IMG/VR virus record: IMGVR_UViG_3300045970_000794
Location: 248,001 to 312,000 of that record
DNA: 64,000 bases
Direction: 5' to 3' (one strand)
Shown piece after piece: positions 30,126 through 40,510 of this stretch. How positions within the stretch are numbered: position 1 is the stretch's first letter; each line of letters opens with the position of its first letter. A program made the position numbers and the translations under genes. Under the pieces are notes generated by a model. It ran no database searches. It was not told the DNA's origin and saw only the letters and a program-made list of their open reading frames with translations.

Positions 30126-31133
30126 ATGGAAAACAGTTTAGAACAAGGTGTGAAAAAGTTTTTCGACAAACCAGAAGGTAAAGTTGGAAAAGGATTTCTA
30201 GTATTAATTGGATTAGGTCTTTTATTTGTATTATACAAAGCATTACCTTATATCCTAATTTTATTAACAAATACATTGCATGCGATGTTATTGTTAGGTG
30301 CAATTCTTTTAATTATCTTTCTTGTAACCAACAAAAAGGTTCAAATGTTATTCTCATTTGGATTTCAAATGGTAATGAGGTGGATTACTGGGGTTTTTGT
30401 TGAATTAAATCCTATTGCGATTATCAGAATTCATATTGAAAATCTAAAACATAATCATAGTGCTATGGATGTTCACATTGGTGCGTTAGGTGGTGAAATA
30501 CGTGGACTTGAAGCTAAGATTAAAGATAATAAACAAAACATCGAAAAAAGTCTAAGAATAGCATCTTCAGCTAAAGAAAGCGACCAAAAAGGTCAAGCTT
30601 GGATTGAAGCTAGAAAAGCTGGTCGTAGAAAAGATGGTACTATTAAACTAACTGATTTATTAACTAAGCTTAAAAAAATCTATGATGTTTTAACTAAAAT
30701 GTATGAAATTTCTGGTTTCGTTATCGAAGATTTGGAAGATGACGTTCAAAATAGAGAAACTGAATATATTTCTATTAAAAAAGCCCATGCCGCTTTAATG
30801 TCTTCAATGTCAATCATTAAAGGTAACCCTAATGAAAGAGCTATGTTTGAATTAGCATTAGAAAAAATGGAAGAAGAAATTTCAACCAAACTTGGAACCA
30901 TGGACAGATTTATGGATATGTCAGCTAATTTAGTTGCTGGTATTGATATCGAACAAGGTATCTTCGCAGAAGATGGTATGCTTATGTTAGAAGAATACGA
31001 AAAAGGTGGTTTTGATGCTTTCTTAAATGATTTCGGTAAAATGCCTTCTGGTAATAACGTTGATGAAAATGAATCATTAAAGTCTACTGGTATTAAACCA
31101 TTGAAGAAAAATGCTGACGGTAAATATTTCTAA
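30126..31133 (+). CDS. Membrane-anchored coiled-coil (PspA-like) protein
   Basis: Two N-terminal TM segments then long amphipathic helices. Confidence 0.6.
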   Translation: MENSLEQGVKKFFDKPEGKVGKGFLVLIGLGLLFVLYKALPYILILLTNTLHAMLLLGAILLIIFLVTNKKVQMLFSFGFQMVMRWITGVFVELNPIAIIRIHIENLKHNHSAMDVHIGALGGEIRGLEAKIKDNKQNIEKSLRIASSAKESDQKGQAWIEARKAGRRKDGTIKLTDLLTKLKKIYDVLTKMYEISGFVIEDLEDDVQNRETEYISIKKAHAALMSSMSIIKGNPNERAMFELALEKMEEEISTKLGTMDRFMDMSANLVAGIDIEQGIFAEDGMLMLEEYEKGGFDAFLNDFGKMPSGNNVDENESLKSTGIKPLKKNADGKYF

Positions 31134-31161
31134 TAATTTAAACTTAAATAAAAATAAAACT

Positions 31162-31962
31162 ATGCAATATTTTAAAAGAAGATTCAAAACAAAGCGATTT
31201 ATAGTACTTATCGCATTAACTACTGGGTTAATTGTATTCCTATCGCTTACATCATCAGCACAGGAAGCTAAATTCCCAATCAAAGCTGATTCAACTATCG
31301 TTGATACAGTTAAAAAAGAATGCCTAAAACCAAGCTTATTCGGTAGCGGTATGCTTGTTAGTCAACACGTTTGGCGTGGAGTTTTACTCGATAGTAAACC
31401 AAATATTCAACCAAATATCGGTGTTGGTATCGGTGGTTTTGAATTTGGTGCATTTGGAACCGTTAGTTTCTTTAATGACTATTCTGAAGTAGATGTTTAT
31501 GCATCATATACTTATAAATCATTTAAGTTAATGGTAACAGATTTCTACATTGATTTAGGTGGTTCATCAAAGTCTCAAGATTATTTCGACTATTCTGATA
31601 CTGCTGGATATCATCACGTAATGTGTGATTTAATATTTATCGGTAGTGAAGCGATACCAGTTAGAGTTACTGCGTCAACTATGTTACATAGTGGATGGGA
31701 TGTAGACTCTCTAAATAAACCTAAATTCACAACATATTTAGAAGCTAGATACTTACGTAATGATTTCGAATTCTTTGTTGGTGGGATAACTGGTCAAAGT
31801 GATTTCTACCTTAACAAAAACAATGGATTTAATATAATTAATGTGGGTGCCGCATACAATTATCATTTAAGATTCAATGAAATTGAGATTCCATTATCCA
31901 CTCAATTGTGTGTTAATCCTCAATTGCAGAAAGCTTACCTAACTTTTTTAGTAATTTTTTAA
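31162..31962 (+). CDS. Outer-membrane beta-barrel (TorF/TIGR02001-like putative porin)
   Basis: Signal peptide, SQHVWRG..QP..G..FGAFG, EVDVYASY, terminal Phe. Confidence 0.6.
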   Translation: MQYFKRRFKTKRFIVLIALTTGLIVFLSLTSSAQEAKFPIKADSTIVDTVKKECLKPSLFGSGMLVSQHVWRGVLLDSKPNIQPNIGVGIGGFEFGAFGTVSFFNDYSEVDVYASYTYKSFKLMVTDFYIDLGGSSKSQDYFDYSDTAGYHHVMCDLIFIGSEAIPVRVTASTMLHSGWDVDSLNKPKFTTYLEARYLRNDFEFFVGGITGQSDFYLNKNNGFNIINVGAAYNYHLRFNEIEIPLSTQLCVNPQLQKAYLTFLVIF

Positions 31963-31980
31963 AAAAAAAGTGTTAAAAGA

Positions 31981-32012
31981 TTTGGAGAATAGAAATATTC
32001 TCCGTATCTTTG
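31981..32012 (+). promoter_or_regulatory. Promoter with a GAAA hairpin in its spacer
   Basis: TTTG-GAGAATA GAAA TATTCTCC-G-TATCTTTG. Confidence 0.75.
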
Positions 32013-32065
32013 CACTTCAGAATTAAACTAAAATGTTTTTTATTAACAATTAAAATTTTAAAACT

Positions 32066-33595
32066 ATGAGTAACACAATGTTAACAGTTAAAAAACCAGG
32101 TGGTATTACAACCCGTGGTAAAATCGTAATCGCAACTTTATTTGTTGGATTACTTGCAATCCTTTATTTCTCGTTCAGAGATAAAATTACTAAATTCGCT
32201 GGTGGTGCAACTAGTGGTGATGTGATTAAAATTGGCGTTGTTACATGGCCAGGTTATATCGGCGGTGAATACATGAACAACGGTTTTGCACCAAATATGG
32301 AATGCCGTTTCTATAAAGAATATGGTATTCAAGTTGAATTTAAAGTTCTTAACGATTTCTTAGCATCTAGAAAAGCTTTCGAATCTGGTGAAGTTGACCT
32401 TTTATGGTGTACTGCCGATGCTTTCCCAACTGAAATGGGTAGAGAAGGTACAATGGCTTTAAGTAATCCTAAATTCCTTTTCCAATCTGACTGGAGCCGT
32501 GGTGGTGATGCGATTGTTGTTGATATGTCTATCGATAAAATTTCTGACCTTAAAGGTAAAACTGTAGCTGTTGCTGAAGGAACTCCTAGTCACTCATTCC
32601 TTATTAACTTACTTAAAGCTAATAACATGACATTATCCGATATTGATGTGAAATCAGTACCAAGTGCTGTTGACGCTGCCGATGTTTTTAAACAAGGTGC
32701 ATGTGTAGCCTCAGTTGTATGGTCACCAGATGATATCGATTGTCTTAAAAAAGTTTCTGGTTCTAAAGTTTTAGCCTCTACTAAAGAAGCAACATATATT
32801 ATTGCCGATGGTTTTATTGCTAAAGACGAATATATTAAAAAGAACATTGAAAAATTACAAAAGCTTTACGATGGTTGGATGGTCGGTGCTGCTGAAATTA
32901 ATGCAAATAAAGATGGTGCTAGAAATAAAGCCGCAAAAATATTAGCCGATAATTTCCAAATGACTGAAAAAGATGCGTTAGCTTCACTTGATAACGTTAG
33001 ATTAGCCAATCACGGTGATAATAAAAATTTCTTCGGTCTTGGTGAATCAAATTGCGTAACTGGTGATATGTTATACACTACTATGTCTGGTGAATATCAA
33101 AAAATTAAAAAAGTTGAAAATCCTTTAATGTGGAGAGAAGTATCTGACGCAGTATTAGTTAAAGCATCAACCTTAACTGGTAACGGCCAATTAGCTGAAG
33201 TTAGTAAGAAATTTACCCCAGCTGGTTCAGATGTTAAAGAACGTAAAGCTTATTCTACTAAGAAAGTAACTATCAACTTCCCAAGTGGTTCTTATGCATT
33301 AACTGGTGAAGCTAAAGCTAAAATCAATAGAGAATACTCTGAAATTGCTAAAACCAATGGTGGTGCTAGAATTAGAGTAGAAGGAAATACTGATAACTCA
33401 GGTAATCCTAACTTTAACCAAACACTTTCTTATAATAGAGCTAAAGCTGTTGCAGAATATTTAACAAATCAATTTGGATTTGACTTCAATAGGTTCATTG
33501 TAATTGGAAATGGTTCTAAGCATGCAATAGATGCTGGTTCAAAAGGTGATGATGAAAATTATAGAACTACAGATTTCGGATTAATAAAAGAGTAA
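32066..33595 (+). CDS. ABC substrate-binding protein (SsuA/NMT1-like) fused to an OmpA-like C-terminal domain
   Basis: TWPGYIG, QSDWSRGGDAIV, DLKGKTVAV; IRVEGNTD..N..LS..RAKAV..YL. Confidence 0.85.
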   Translation: MSNTMLTVKKPGGITTRGKIVIATLFVGLLAILYFSFRDKITKFAGGATSGDVIKIGVVTWPGYIGGEYMNNGFAPNMECRFYKEYGIQVEFKVLNDFLASRKAFESGEVDLLWCTADAFPTEMGREGTMALSNPKFLFQSDWSRGGDAIVVDMSIDKISDLKGKTVAVAEGTPSHSFLINLLKANNMTLSDIDVKSVPSAVDAADVFKQGACVASVVWSPDDIDCLKKVSGSKVLASTKEATYIIADGFIAKDEYIKKNIEKLQKLYDGWMVGAAEINANKDGARNKAAKILADNFQMTEKDALASLDNVRLANHGDNKNFFGLGESNCVTGDMLYTTMSGEYQKIKKVENPLMWREVSDAVLVKASTLTGNGQLAEVSKKFTPAGSDVKERKAYSTKKVTINFPSGSYALTGEAKAKINREYSEIAKTNGGARIRVEGNTDNSGNPNFNQTLSYNRAKAVAEYLTNQFGFDFNRFIVIGNGSKHAIDAGSKGDDENYRTTDFGLIKE

Positions 33596-33612
33596 CAATC
33601 ATTAACTAAATG

Positions 33613-33642
33613 AAAAAGCACCTAAAATTTTGGGTGCTTTTT
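33613..33642 (+). terminator. Intra-operon hairpin/terminator
   Basis: AAAAAGCACC..GGTGCTTTTT between the binding-protein and permease genes. Confidence 0.65.
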
Positions 33643-33656
33643 TTAAAAACTTTAAT

Positions 33657-34619
33657 ATGGAAACATTCAAATCCCTTTTTAAATTAGGTGGAACAATCTC
33701 TAATAGATTATCTACCATTGTTGGAGTCTTAGGATTCGTATTCTTAATGGCTGTTTGGTATATTATTACCAGTGCAACTGGTTGGGTTAAACCTCAAACA
33801 ATTCCAAGCCCAAATAGTGTTCTATTCGCTTTTGTTGAAATGTTTTCAAAAGACCAGTTTTTACTTATGGTCTGGAAACCGTTATTGCTTTTAATTGGTA
33901 TTATTATTACATTATATTTCATACCATTCACAAAATTTTTAGTTAATTACGCCATTAGTGCTCTATTAATTTTATTCGCAATTTACCTTTTGATGGGTAA
34001 TTTCATAATGAAAGATGCACCAATTTCAATGAATATCTTATATTCACTACAACTAAATGTCGCTGGATATCTTAAAGCAATATTAATATCGATACCAATC
34101 GGATTCTTAATCGCATTATTCCCTTTACTAAGAAGTATGTTCAGTAAATATATCGATGCAATTAGATATGTTCCATTAACTGGTCTTATCGGTGTGTTCA
34201 TCGCATGGTTCGGAATCGCTTCTGGTATGAAAATTAATTTCCTAGCTTTTGGTATCATCGTATACCTATTACCTATCGTTGTTCAACGTGTTTATGAAAC
34301 TGAAAAAATTCACTTAGATACTATATTCACACTAGGTGCTAATAGCTGGCAAACGTTCCGTAAAATATACTGGCCATCCGTTATTTCTAAACTAATAACT
34401 GATATTAGAGTTATCACTGCAATATCTTGGACCTATATAATCGTAGCTGAAATGGCTAACAATGAAGGCGGTCTTGGTGGATTTGTATATACTTGCGCTA
34501 GACAAAGTAGATTGGATAAAATATTTGCTGTAATCCTTATTATCGTTATAATTGGATTCTTACAAGACATTCTATTCAAATGGTTAGATAAAAAAATTAA
34601 TAAATTTAAATACGTATAA
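33657..34619 (+). CDS. ABC transporter permease (NitT/TauT-like)
   Basis: Multiple TM segments; EAA-like TLGANSWQTFRKIYWP; SWTYIIVAE..GLG. Confidence 0.9.
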   Translation: METFKSLFKLGGTISNRLSTIVGVLGFVFLMAVWYIITSATGWVKPQTIPSPNSVLFAFVEMFSKDQFLLMVWKPLLLLIGIIITLYFIPFTKFLVNYAISALLILFAIYLLMGNFIMKDAPISMNILYSLQLNVAGYLKAILISIPIGFLIALFPLLRSMFSKYIDAIRYVPLTGLIGVFIAWFGIASGMKINFLAFGIIVYLLPIVVQRVYETEKIHLDTIFTLGANSWQTFRKIYWPSVISKLITDIRVITAISWTYIIVAEMANNEGGLGGFVYTCARQSRLDKIFAVILIIVIIGFLQDILFKWLDKKINKFKYV

Positions 34620-34621
34620 TC

Positions 34622-35530
34622 ATGGGTTATTTCGATTCAAAAAAAGATACTAAAGTAATTAGTGATATCGTTAGAGGTACTAGCGAAGAACCAACCGTTA
34701 AAGCCAAAACAATTAAATTTGATGAGTCAAAATATGACCCAATTGATAAAATTCAATTGAAGAATATCAATCAAGTTTATACTGATAAAAATGGTAATAA
34801 AAATGTTGTATTCAATGACTTTGACCTTGATATTAAAGATATTAAAGGTGGTGGTCAGTTCACAGTTATTGTCGGTGCCAGCGGTTGTGGTAAATCTACA
34901 TTGCTAAGATATATTGCTGGTCTTCAAAAACCAACATCTGGTGAAATATACCTTAATGGTAATCTAAGAACTAATAATGATAGAGTTGGTATGGTTTTCC
35001 AACAATACTCTTCAATGACATGGGCTACAGTACTTGAAAATGTTGCATTACCATTGCAGTTAAAAGGTGTTTCTAAAGCTGAAAGAGAAGAACAAGCTAT
35101 GGAAATGATTAAAATCGTTAACCTTGAAGGTCATGAAAATAAATTCGCACAATATCCAATCCTTAGTGGTGGTCAATTACAACGTGTAGCTATTGCTAGA
35201 AGCTTAATGGCTAATAGTGAAATGCTATTACTTGATGAACCATTCGGTGCCTTAGATATTAATACTAGATTGAGAATGCAAGATATGCTAATCGATATCT
35301 GGTCCAAAGTTAAAGGTGACCCAACATTCATTTTTGTTACCCACGATTTATCCGAAGCGGTTTATCTTGCTGATGAGATTTATGTGTTAAAGGCTAACCC
35401 AGGTGAAGTGTGTGAATTCATCGAAATTGATATCCCGATGAAAAGAACTTCAGCAATCAAAAGGACTCCAAAATTTATGGAATATGTTCACCACCTTGAA
35501 GATTTAATGATGAAGATTAATATCAAATAA
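34622..35530 (+). CDS. ABC transporter ATP-binding protein (NitT/TauT-like)
   Basis: GASGCGKST, LSGGQLQR, LLLDEPFGALD, VTHD. Confidence 0.95.
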   Translation: MGYFDSKKDTKVISDIVRGTSEEPTVKAKTIKFDESKYDPIDKIQLKNINQVYTDKNGNKNVVFNDFDLDIKDIKGGGQFTVIVGASGCGKSTLLRYIAGLQKPTSGEIYLNGNLRTNNDRVGMVFQQYSSMTWATVLENVALPLQLKGVSKAEREEQAMEMIKIVNLEGHENKFAQYPILSGGQLQRVAIARSLMANSEMLLLDEPFGALDINTRLRMQDMLIDIWSKVKGDPTFIFVTHDLSEAVYLADEIYVLKANPGEVCEFIEIDIPMKRTSAIKRTPKFMEYVHHLEDLMMKINIK

Positions 35531-35532
35531 TA

Positions 35533-36012
35533 ATGAATTTTAGAAGTAAACAAAATTTTAATTATTATGGTATTTTTAGATACATTAAAGCTGGGTCTCG
35601 ATTGCCACGTAAAATTAAAAAATGTGTATTAGGGTATAGAATGAGTAAAACGCAAATTAAAAAACATTATAATAATAGCGTTTTATTCGTTCACCAATAC
35701 CAATCTTCGACCTCATTAAGTGTTGATGTTATTTGCCCAGAATGTGGTTGTTATTGGACTATAACTGAAAATCATGGTGCCGAATATCCAGAAGTATATA
35801 TTACTGAATATTGCGCTAGATGCCACTGTTTGATTGGTAGTGCCGATAATTCACCAACATACCTTTTCTATGAATGTGATGATAATGAGTTCGTTAACAA
35901 ACATAAAATTAGAACCATTTTTATGATAAATCGTGAGAGATATGAGGGTAAATTAAAAGAAAAAGAACGCTCAATGAATAAAAATAACACCGATTTCTGT
36001 GACTTTTTTTAA
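35533..36012 (+). CDS. Hypothetical protein with CxxC pairs
   Basis: CPECGC and CARC. Confidence 0.6.
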   Translation: MNFRSKQNFNYYGIFRYIKAGSRLPRKIKKCVLGYRMSKTQIKKHYNNSVLFVHQYQSSTSLSVDVICPECGCYWTITENHGAEYPEVYITEYCARCHCLIGSADNSPTYLFYECDDNEFVNKHKIRTIFMINRERYEGKLKEKERSMNKNNTDFCDFF

Positions 36013-36026
36013 AATAGACGATTAAT

Positions 36027-36521
36027 ATGGCAATGAAACTAGATAAACCTATTGTAGTTGAATCAACTACATTGGTTAATAAACAAAATGTAATGGTTTG
36101 CTTACAAACTGACCAAACGATTAGACTTAAACTAAAATCAGCTGATTCAAAAGTGTTAACTATTAGTGTTGAAGATTTATATAAATTCCTTCAAACTAAA
36201 GATAATCCAATACCAATTAAAAAAGTTGAAGTAACACCATCAGTACCAGAAACTAAAATCAATAAATCTAATTTAGAAGTTAGAGACTGTAATGATAATG
36301 AACCATTATTCAATATGCAAGATTTTAGAAGTGCTTATATGATTCTTCCAATACCTTACGATGTTAAGGTCAAACTTGAAGCTAAAACATCAGAGTTATT
36401 AGGATTATATAAACGTAAAAAATCAGATAAAACTGAATCCACTGAGAAAAATAGTGTTCAAGTTGGTGTATCCGCTTCCGAAAGTACTACAACCGAAAAA
36501 AAGAAACGGAAAAAATCATAA
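36027..36521 (+). CDS. Hypothetical protein
   Basis: 164 aa ORF. Confidence 0.65.
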   Translation: MAMKLDKPIVVESTTLVNKQNVMVCLQTDQTIRLKLKSADSKVLTISVEDLYKFLQTKDNPIPIKKVEVTPSVPETKINKSNLEVRDCNDNEPLFNMQDFRSAYMILPIPYDVKVKLEAKTSELLGLYKRKKSDKTESTEKNSVQVGVSASESTTTEKKKRKKS

Positions 36522-36971
36522 TTCATAAACTTTAAAGTATTCTTTAAACTTACGTCTGGGGATGAGGTAGCCAACTGTATTGCTGTCTTTATCCCCAGAA
36601 TTAGTTACCTTCCGAAAATTATTATCATCAATAAGCTTACGTAAATCATTACTTAAAATATACCATATTTGTTTTCTAAAAGGTAAATAAAATACATACC
36701 AATCAGCTTTCGTTACACTTAAACCAGATGCCTTACCCCTACACTCAACTTCAACAAATAAATTACCATTATCAAACCCAGCTCTGCAATATTCATCAGT
36801 CTTTATTTCATACGTTTTATCAATGCCAGACTTTTTAACCATGAAATCAAATTTATTATCATTATTAACATCAACTAACGTTCCATTAGTCATACTTAAT
36901 ACATGCTCTAATACTACTTTCTCACCATCTTGCCCTGTGATTATATCCCTATTGAAATTATACTGTCCCAT
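36516..36971 (-). CDS. PD-(D/E)XK nuclease-like protein
   Basis: FDF..YEIKTD..GNLFVE..SGL..TKADW. Confidence 0.65.
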   Translation of the reverse strand: MGQYNFNRDIITGQDGEKVVLEHVLSMTNGTLVDVNNDNKFDFMVKKSGIDKTYEIKTDEYCRAGFDNGNLFVEVECRGKASGLSVTKADWYVFYLPFRKQIWYILSNDLRKLIDDNNFRKVTNSGDKDSNTVGYLIPRRKFKEYFKVYEL

Positions 36972-37041
36972 ACCTTTATTTTTATCTAATGATACGCATT
37001 TTTATTCAAATAGTCAAATATTTATCATTAAATAAACTATT

Positions 37042-37551
37042 ATGCAACGAATTAAACTAACAGAAAAACAAGCTTGTTTAGTACAAGAAATCATTAAAGA
37101 AGCCGAATCATTCGAAAATAATGATAATGAAACTAGATTCAATACTCTATTTAAAGGTTATACTAATATTATTAAAAAATATGTTAATGAAATCAACGTA
37201 TTATATAATAAAGTAAGCGTTGAACCAGTGGATTTAACACCAGAAGAATTACTAGATATCTTTAATAAATGTCATGGGATTATTAAAGCATCACATAATA
37301 TTGGAATGAAGTTCGAATATAGTCTTAAAACACTATCCGATGAAGAATTTAGTCAATTTGGTGATGATTTAGATATTGAAATGGATAATATTAGAATGCT
37401 TTTATCACATAAAGCTGATGTGGTATTAGATTTTGTTAATCTTTACGATAAAGCTAAAGATAATCCAGAAGAATTCGATGCAAAACTAGTTCATCTAAAT
37501 AGTTTAGGTGAAAAATATTTCTCAGATATCAAAACAATTAATATTGATTAA
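37042..37551 (+). CDS. Hypothetical protein
   Basis: 169 aa; ATATTTAT upstream. Confidence 0.6.
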   Translation: MQRIKLTEKQACLVQEIIKEAESFENNDNETRFNTLFKGYTNIIKKYVNEINVLYNKVSVEPVDLTPEELLDIFNKCHGIIKASHNIGMKFEYSLKTLSDEEFSQFGDDLDIEMDNIRMLLSHKADVVLDFVNLYDKAKDNPEEFDAKLVHLNSLGEKYFSDIKTINID

Positions 37552-37591
37552 AATAATCAATAAAATTCTTGCATATTAAATTTATTTATCT

Positions 37592-37599
37592 TATCTTTG
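37592..37599 (+). promoter_or_regulatory. Bacteroidota -7 box
   Basis: TATCTTTG before the YqeY gene. Confidence 0.6.
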
Positions 37600-37622
37600 C
37601 ACCATAATTTAAAAATTGTTTT

Positions 37623-38030
37623 ATGGGAAATCTTAAAAATACCATCATTGGCGATAGAGATATGGCTATGAAAATGCATGATGCAGCCTTAACCAGCGTT
37701 CTTAGAACACTTATTGGTGAACTTGACCGAGTAGATAAAAATCCATCCGATGATGTTGTACTTAAAACAATCTCAAAAATAGTTGATGCTAACATTGAAT
37801 TCAATATGAATGAATTCGAAACAGCTATCCTATCCCAATACCTTCCAAAAAAATTAAGTGAACTTGAAATTACTACTATAGTTAAACATCAAATCACTAC
37901 CAACCAATATACTGGTATGAAAGATATGGGTAAAATAATGAAATTCTTCCAAGATAACTACCCTAGTCAATATGATGGTAAATTAGTTAGTAACATTATT
38001 AAAACAGAACTCCTAATCCCCGCCAATTAA
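37623..38030 (+). CDS. GatB/YqeY domain protein
   Basis: E..IL..YLPKKLS, KDMGKIMK, DGKLVS. Confidence 0.85.
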   Translation: MGNLKNTIIGDRDMAMKMHDAALTSVLRTLIGELDRVDKNPSDDVVLKTISKIVDANIEFNMNEFETAILSQYLPKKLSELEITTIVKHQITTNQYTGMKDMGKIMKFFQDNYPSQYDGKLVSNIIKTELLIPAN

Positions 38031-38071
38031 ATGGAGGGGCTGGGGTGGTTTTTAATTTAGCTACCAAACAC

Positions 38072-39262
38072 ATGGAATATAAAGAATTAGCATCATACGG
38101 CGATGAAAGTGTTACGAAACTATTAGATATGTATCGAAATGATAAATATAATACTAGAGTCGTATACTATAATAGTCGTGAAAAAGCAATCAAATGTAGA
38201 TTAGCCGCTTTCATTAAAGAAGATAATACATTTGAATTAGCTATATTCAAAAAAACTTGGGGTATATCCAAAATTAATGTGATTTATAGTCGAGAAGTTA
38301 AAGAAATGTCAATATTTAAATCCAAAAAAGGATATTATACCGTTAAAGGTAAATTGATTAAACCATTAATTCTTAATGATATTTGGCTAAGTAGATTCTC
38401 AAAAGAAATATTGTTATTCATTAAAGATTATATACCTTTCATTGAACTACAAGTTAAACATAATCTACTTGTTCATAAATCATTTAACTATATCATTGAA
38501 CATAAATTAACTTCATTAAAGAGAATGACCATATTTGAGTATGGTATTCCTTATTCTAGAATTAAGAAACTAATGGAAAGACCATCATTCTATGACTCAT
38601 TACCCGATTTTAAAAGAGTGCTTTATTATAATAAAGAGTATATTACCAAACTAGAAAATATTAATCTGGAAATCTTTGATAAACAACATCATTTTCATAT
38701 ATTCAGCGATGCTGCCAAAATGGCCCGATGTCTTAATGTTAAAATCAATGCATCATGGTCAATTAAAAGACTTAAAGAAGAACATGATAATTTAGCGGTT
38801 ACATTAACCGAAATAGTATTCACAGCCGATAATCGAGAATTATCTATTAGTAAAGTATATAGAGACTTCTCAATATTCGCCAACTATCGACTATTACAAA
38901 CAACTAAAGAATTAGCACTAGAAAGCCAAAAACAAAAACATTGCATAGTGACTTATTCTAACAAAGTTAATATGCATGCTTGCGGTATCTATCACATTGA
39001 TGGATATACCCTAGAATTAATAATTAGCTCAAATAAATTAGTCATTAACCAATTCAGAGGATATGGCAATGATGATGCACCCGATGAATTAAAACAATCA
39101 GTTCAACTTAAATTGGATGAATATCACCAAAAACTTAATGGTGAAAATAAAAAAATTAATGACACAATTAATATCTTTAGTAGTGACTTTGATAATCTTG
39201 AACAAGTTCAACAAATTAATATGGTTAACCTTGCTAATGATGATATATTAAATATTTTTTAA
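38072..39262 (+). CDS. PcfJ-like domain protein
   Basis: ELALES..QKHCI.TY, TLEL, QFRGYGN. Confidence 0.65.
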   Translation: MEYKELASYGDESVTKLLDMYRNDKYNTRVVYYNSREKAIKCRLAAFIKEDNTFELAIFKKTWGISKINVIYSREVKEMSIFKSKKGYYTVKGKLIKPLILNDIWLSRFSKEILLFIKDYIPFIELQVKHNLLVHKSFNYIIEHKLTSLKRMTIFEYGIPYSRIKKLMERPSFYDSLPDFKRVLYYNKEYITKLENINLEIFDKQHHFHIFSDAAKMARCLNVKINASWSIKRLKEEHDNLAVTLTEIVFTADNRELSISKVYRDFSIFANYRLLQTTKELALESQKQKHCIVTYSNKVNMHACGIYHIDGYTLELIISSNKLVINQFRGYGNDDAPDELKQSVQLKLDEYHQKLNGENKKINDTINIFSSDFDNLEQVQQINMVNLANDDILNIF

Positions 39263-39281
39263 ACTATAAACATAAAAACAA

Positions 39282-39644
39282 ATGAAAAATTTACTCTGGA
39301 GAAAAAAAGGTCAAAGACTTTATCTTACTGAAAAAGCTGAAGAAGTTAAAGTATTAGCACCAGATGTTGTTGAAATTACTAACTTCAAAAAAGATGCTGA
39401 GGGAAATTCAATTAATGTTATTGATAAAGTATACATATTAAAAGTTGAAGAAGCTCGTAGCTACCATTATAACTACAAATTCAATAAAAATGATGACGAT
39501 GCAATCAACATCCATAACACAAATATGTTGGCCGAATCAGTTGAAGCTATACCATCAAAATATAAAATAATAAACCCAACAGCTAAATTAACTATTGAAG
39601 AACCTTCTTTCAATATCAGCGAAAATTTAACTAAAAGCAATTAA
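39282..39644 (+). CDS. Hypothetical protein
   Basis: 120 aa ORF. Confidence 0.6.
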   Translation: MKNLLWRKKGQRLYLTEKAEEVKVLAPDVVEITNFKKDAEGNSINVIDKVYILKVEEARSYHYNYKFNKNDDDAINIHNTNMLAESVEAIPSKYKIINPTAKLTIEEPSFNISENLTKSN

Positions 39645-39679
39645 TTCTAACAATAACAATTAATAAAAACAACAAAATT

Positions 39680-39961
39680 ATGCCAAACGTAAGAGAAGAT
39701 TATTACGAAACAAATTCCATTGCCTCTGGTAGAGCAAGCTATAGCTGCGAATGCTGCGGTGGTACAATTAAAAAAGGTGACCCATCTGATGTCCATAAAT
39801 TCTACCCAGAATTCGATTCACGCAGAACTCACCCTAAATGTTCCAAAAAATTCTTAGATGGATTTTATTGCCCAGAATGCGGGCAATGGTGCGAAAAACT
39901 TATAGAACATAATGGCGGCGAATTCTGTCAAGAATGCTTTGATGAAGTATCAAAATATTAA
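39680..39961 (+). CDS. Zinc-finger-like protein
   Basis: CECC, HxxC, CPEC, CQEC. Confidence 0.65.
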   Translation: MPNVREDYYETNSIASGRASYSCECCGGTIKKGDPSDVHKFYPEFDSRRTHPKCSKKFLDGFYCPECGQWCEKLIEHNGGEFCQECFDEVSKY

Positions 39962-39963
39962 TT

Positions 39964-40320
39964 ATGAGCGGAGGACGATATACCAAAAAAATACCACCAT
40001 ACGTTTATTTCGTTGGTGAAGATGGTAATTGGATTCAAGGCCCCTATGTTAATCCCCCTAAACGTGATGACTATCGGAAATTTAAGGTTTTCGAAATATC
40101 ATCACATATGGGGGTTGAGATAGTTAAAGCCGATGACCAATTTATTGACCTAGTGTTTAACTCAATCATAACTAAACTGGAAACAGAGGATAAACTTATC
40201 ACCGAAGCTATCGGTGATATAATCGTAATAGCTAAATTGAATGATTACGAAACAGCAATAGAATTAATTAAAAAACAATTTATTGTTATTGATAAACAAG
40301 ATATACACAATGGAAAATAA
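39964..40320 (+). CDS. Hypothetical protein
   Basis: 118 aa ORF. Confidence 0.6.
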   Translation: MSGGRYTKKIPPYVYFVGEDGNWIQGPYVNPPKRDDYRKFKVFEISSHMGVEIVKADDQFIDLVFNSIITKLETEDKLITEAIGDIIVIAKLNDYETAIELIKKQFIVIDKQDIHNGK

Positions 40321-40510
40321 CGAAATACTCAAAACTTCAGATGTGTGGCAAAAAGAATACCCACATATCACAGTTCTCGACTCAGATGGTTGGGATAGGA
40401 AAAATTATCAATACTCTTGGTTCGAAGAAAAAATAACCTATGCGGAATATACTAATAGACTAATGATGTCAACTTGTATGGGATTTAACCCAGAAATGAA
40501 ACAGCAATAA
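40310..40510 (+). CDS. Hypothetical protein
   Basis: ATG 40310; DSDGWDR motif. Confidence 0.6.
   Translation: MENNEILKTSDVWQKEYPHITVLDSDGWDRKNYQYSWFEEKITYAEYTNRLMMSTCMGFNPEMKQQ

Noticed and set aside
36001-36017. T7 run at the end of 35533-36012 as a frameshift site
   Set aside because: The -1 frame reaches TAG within two codons
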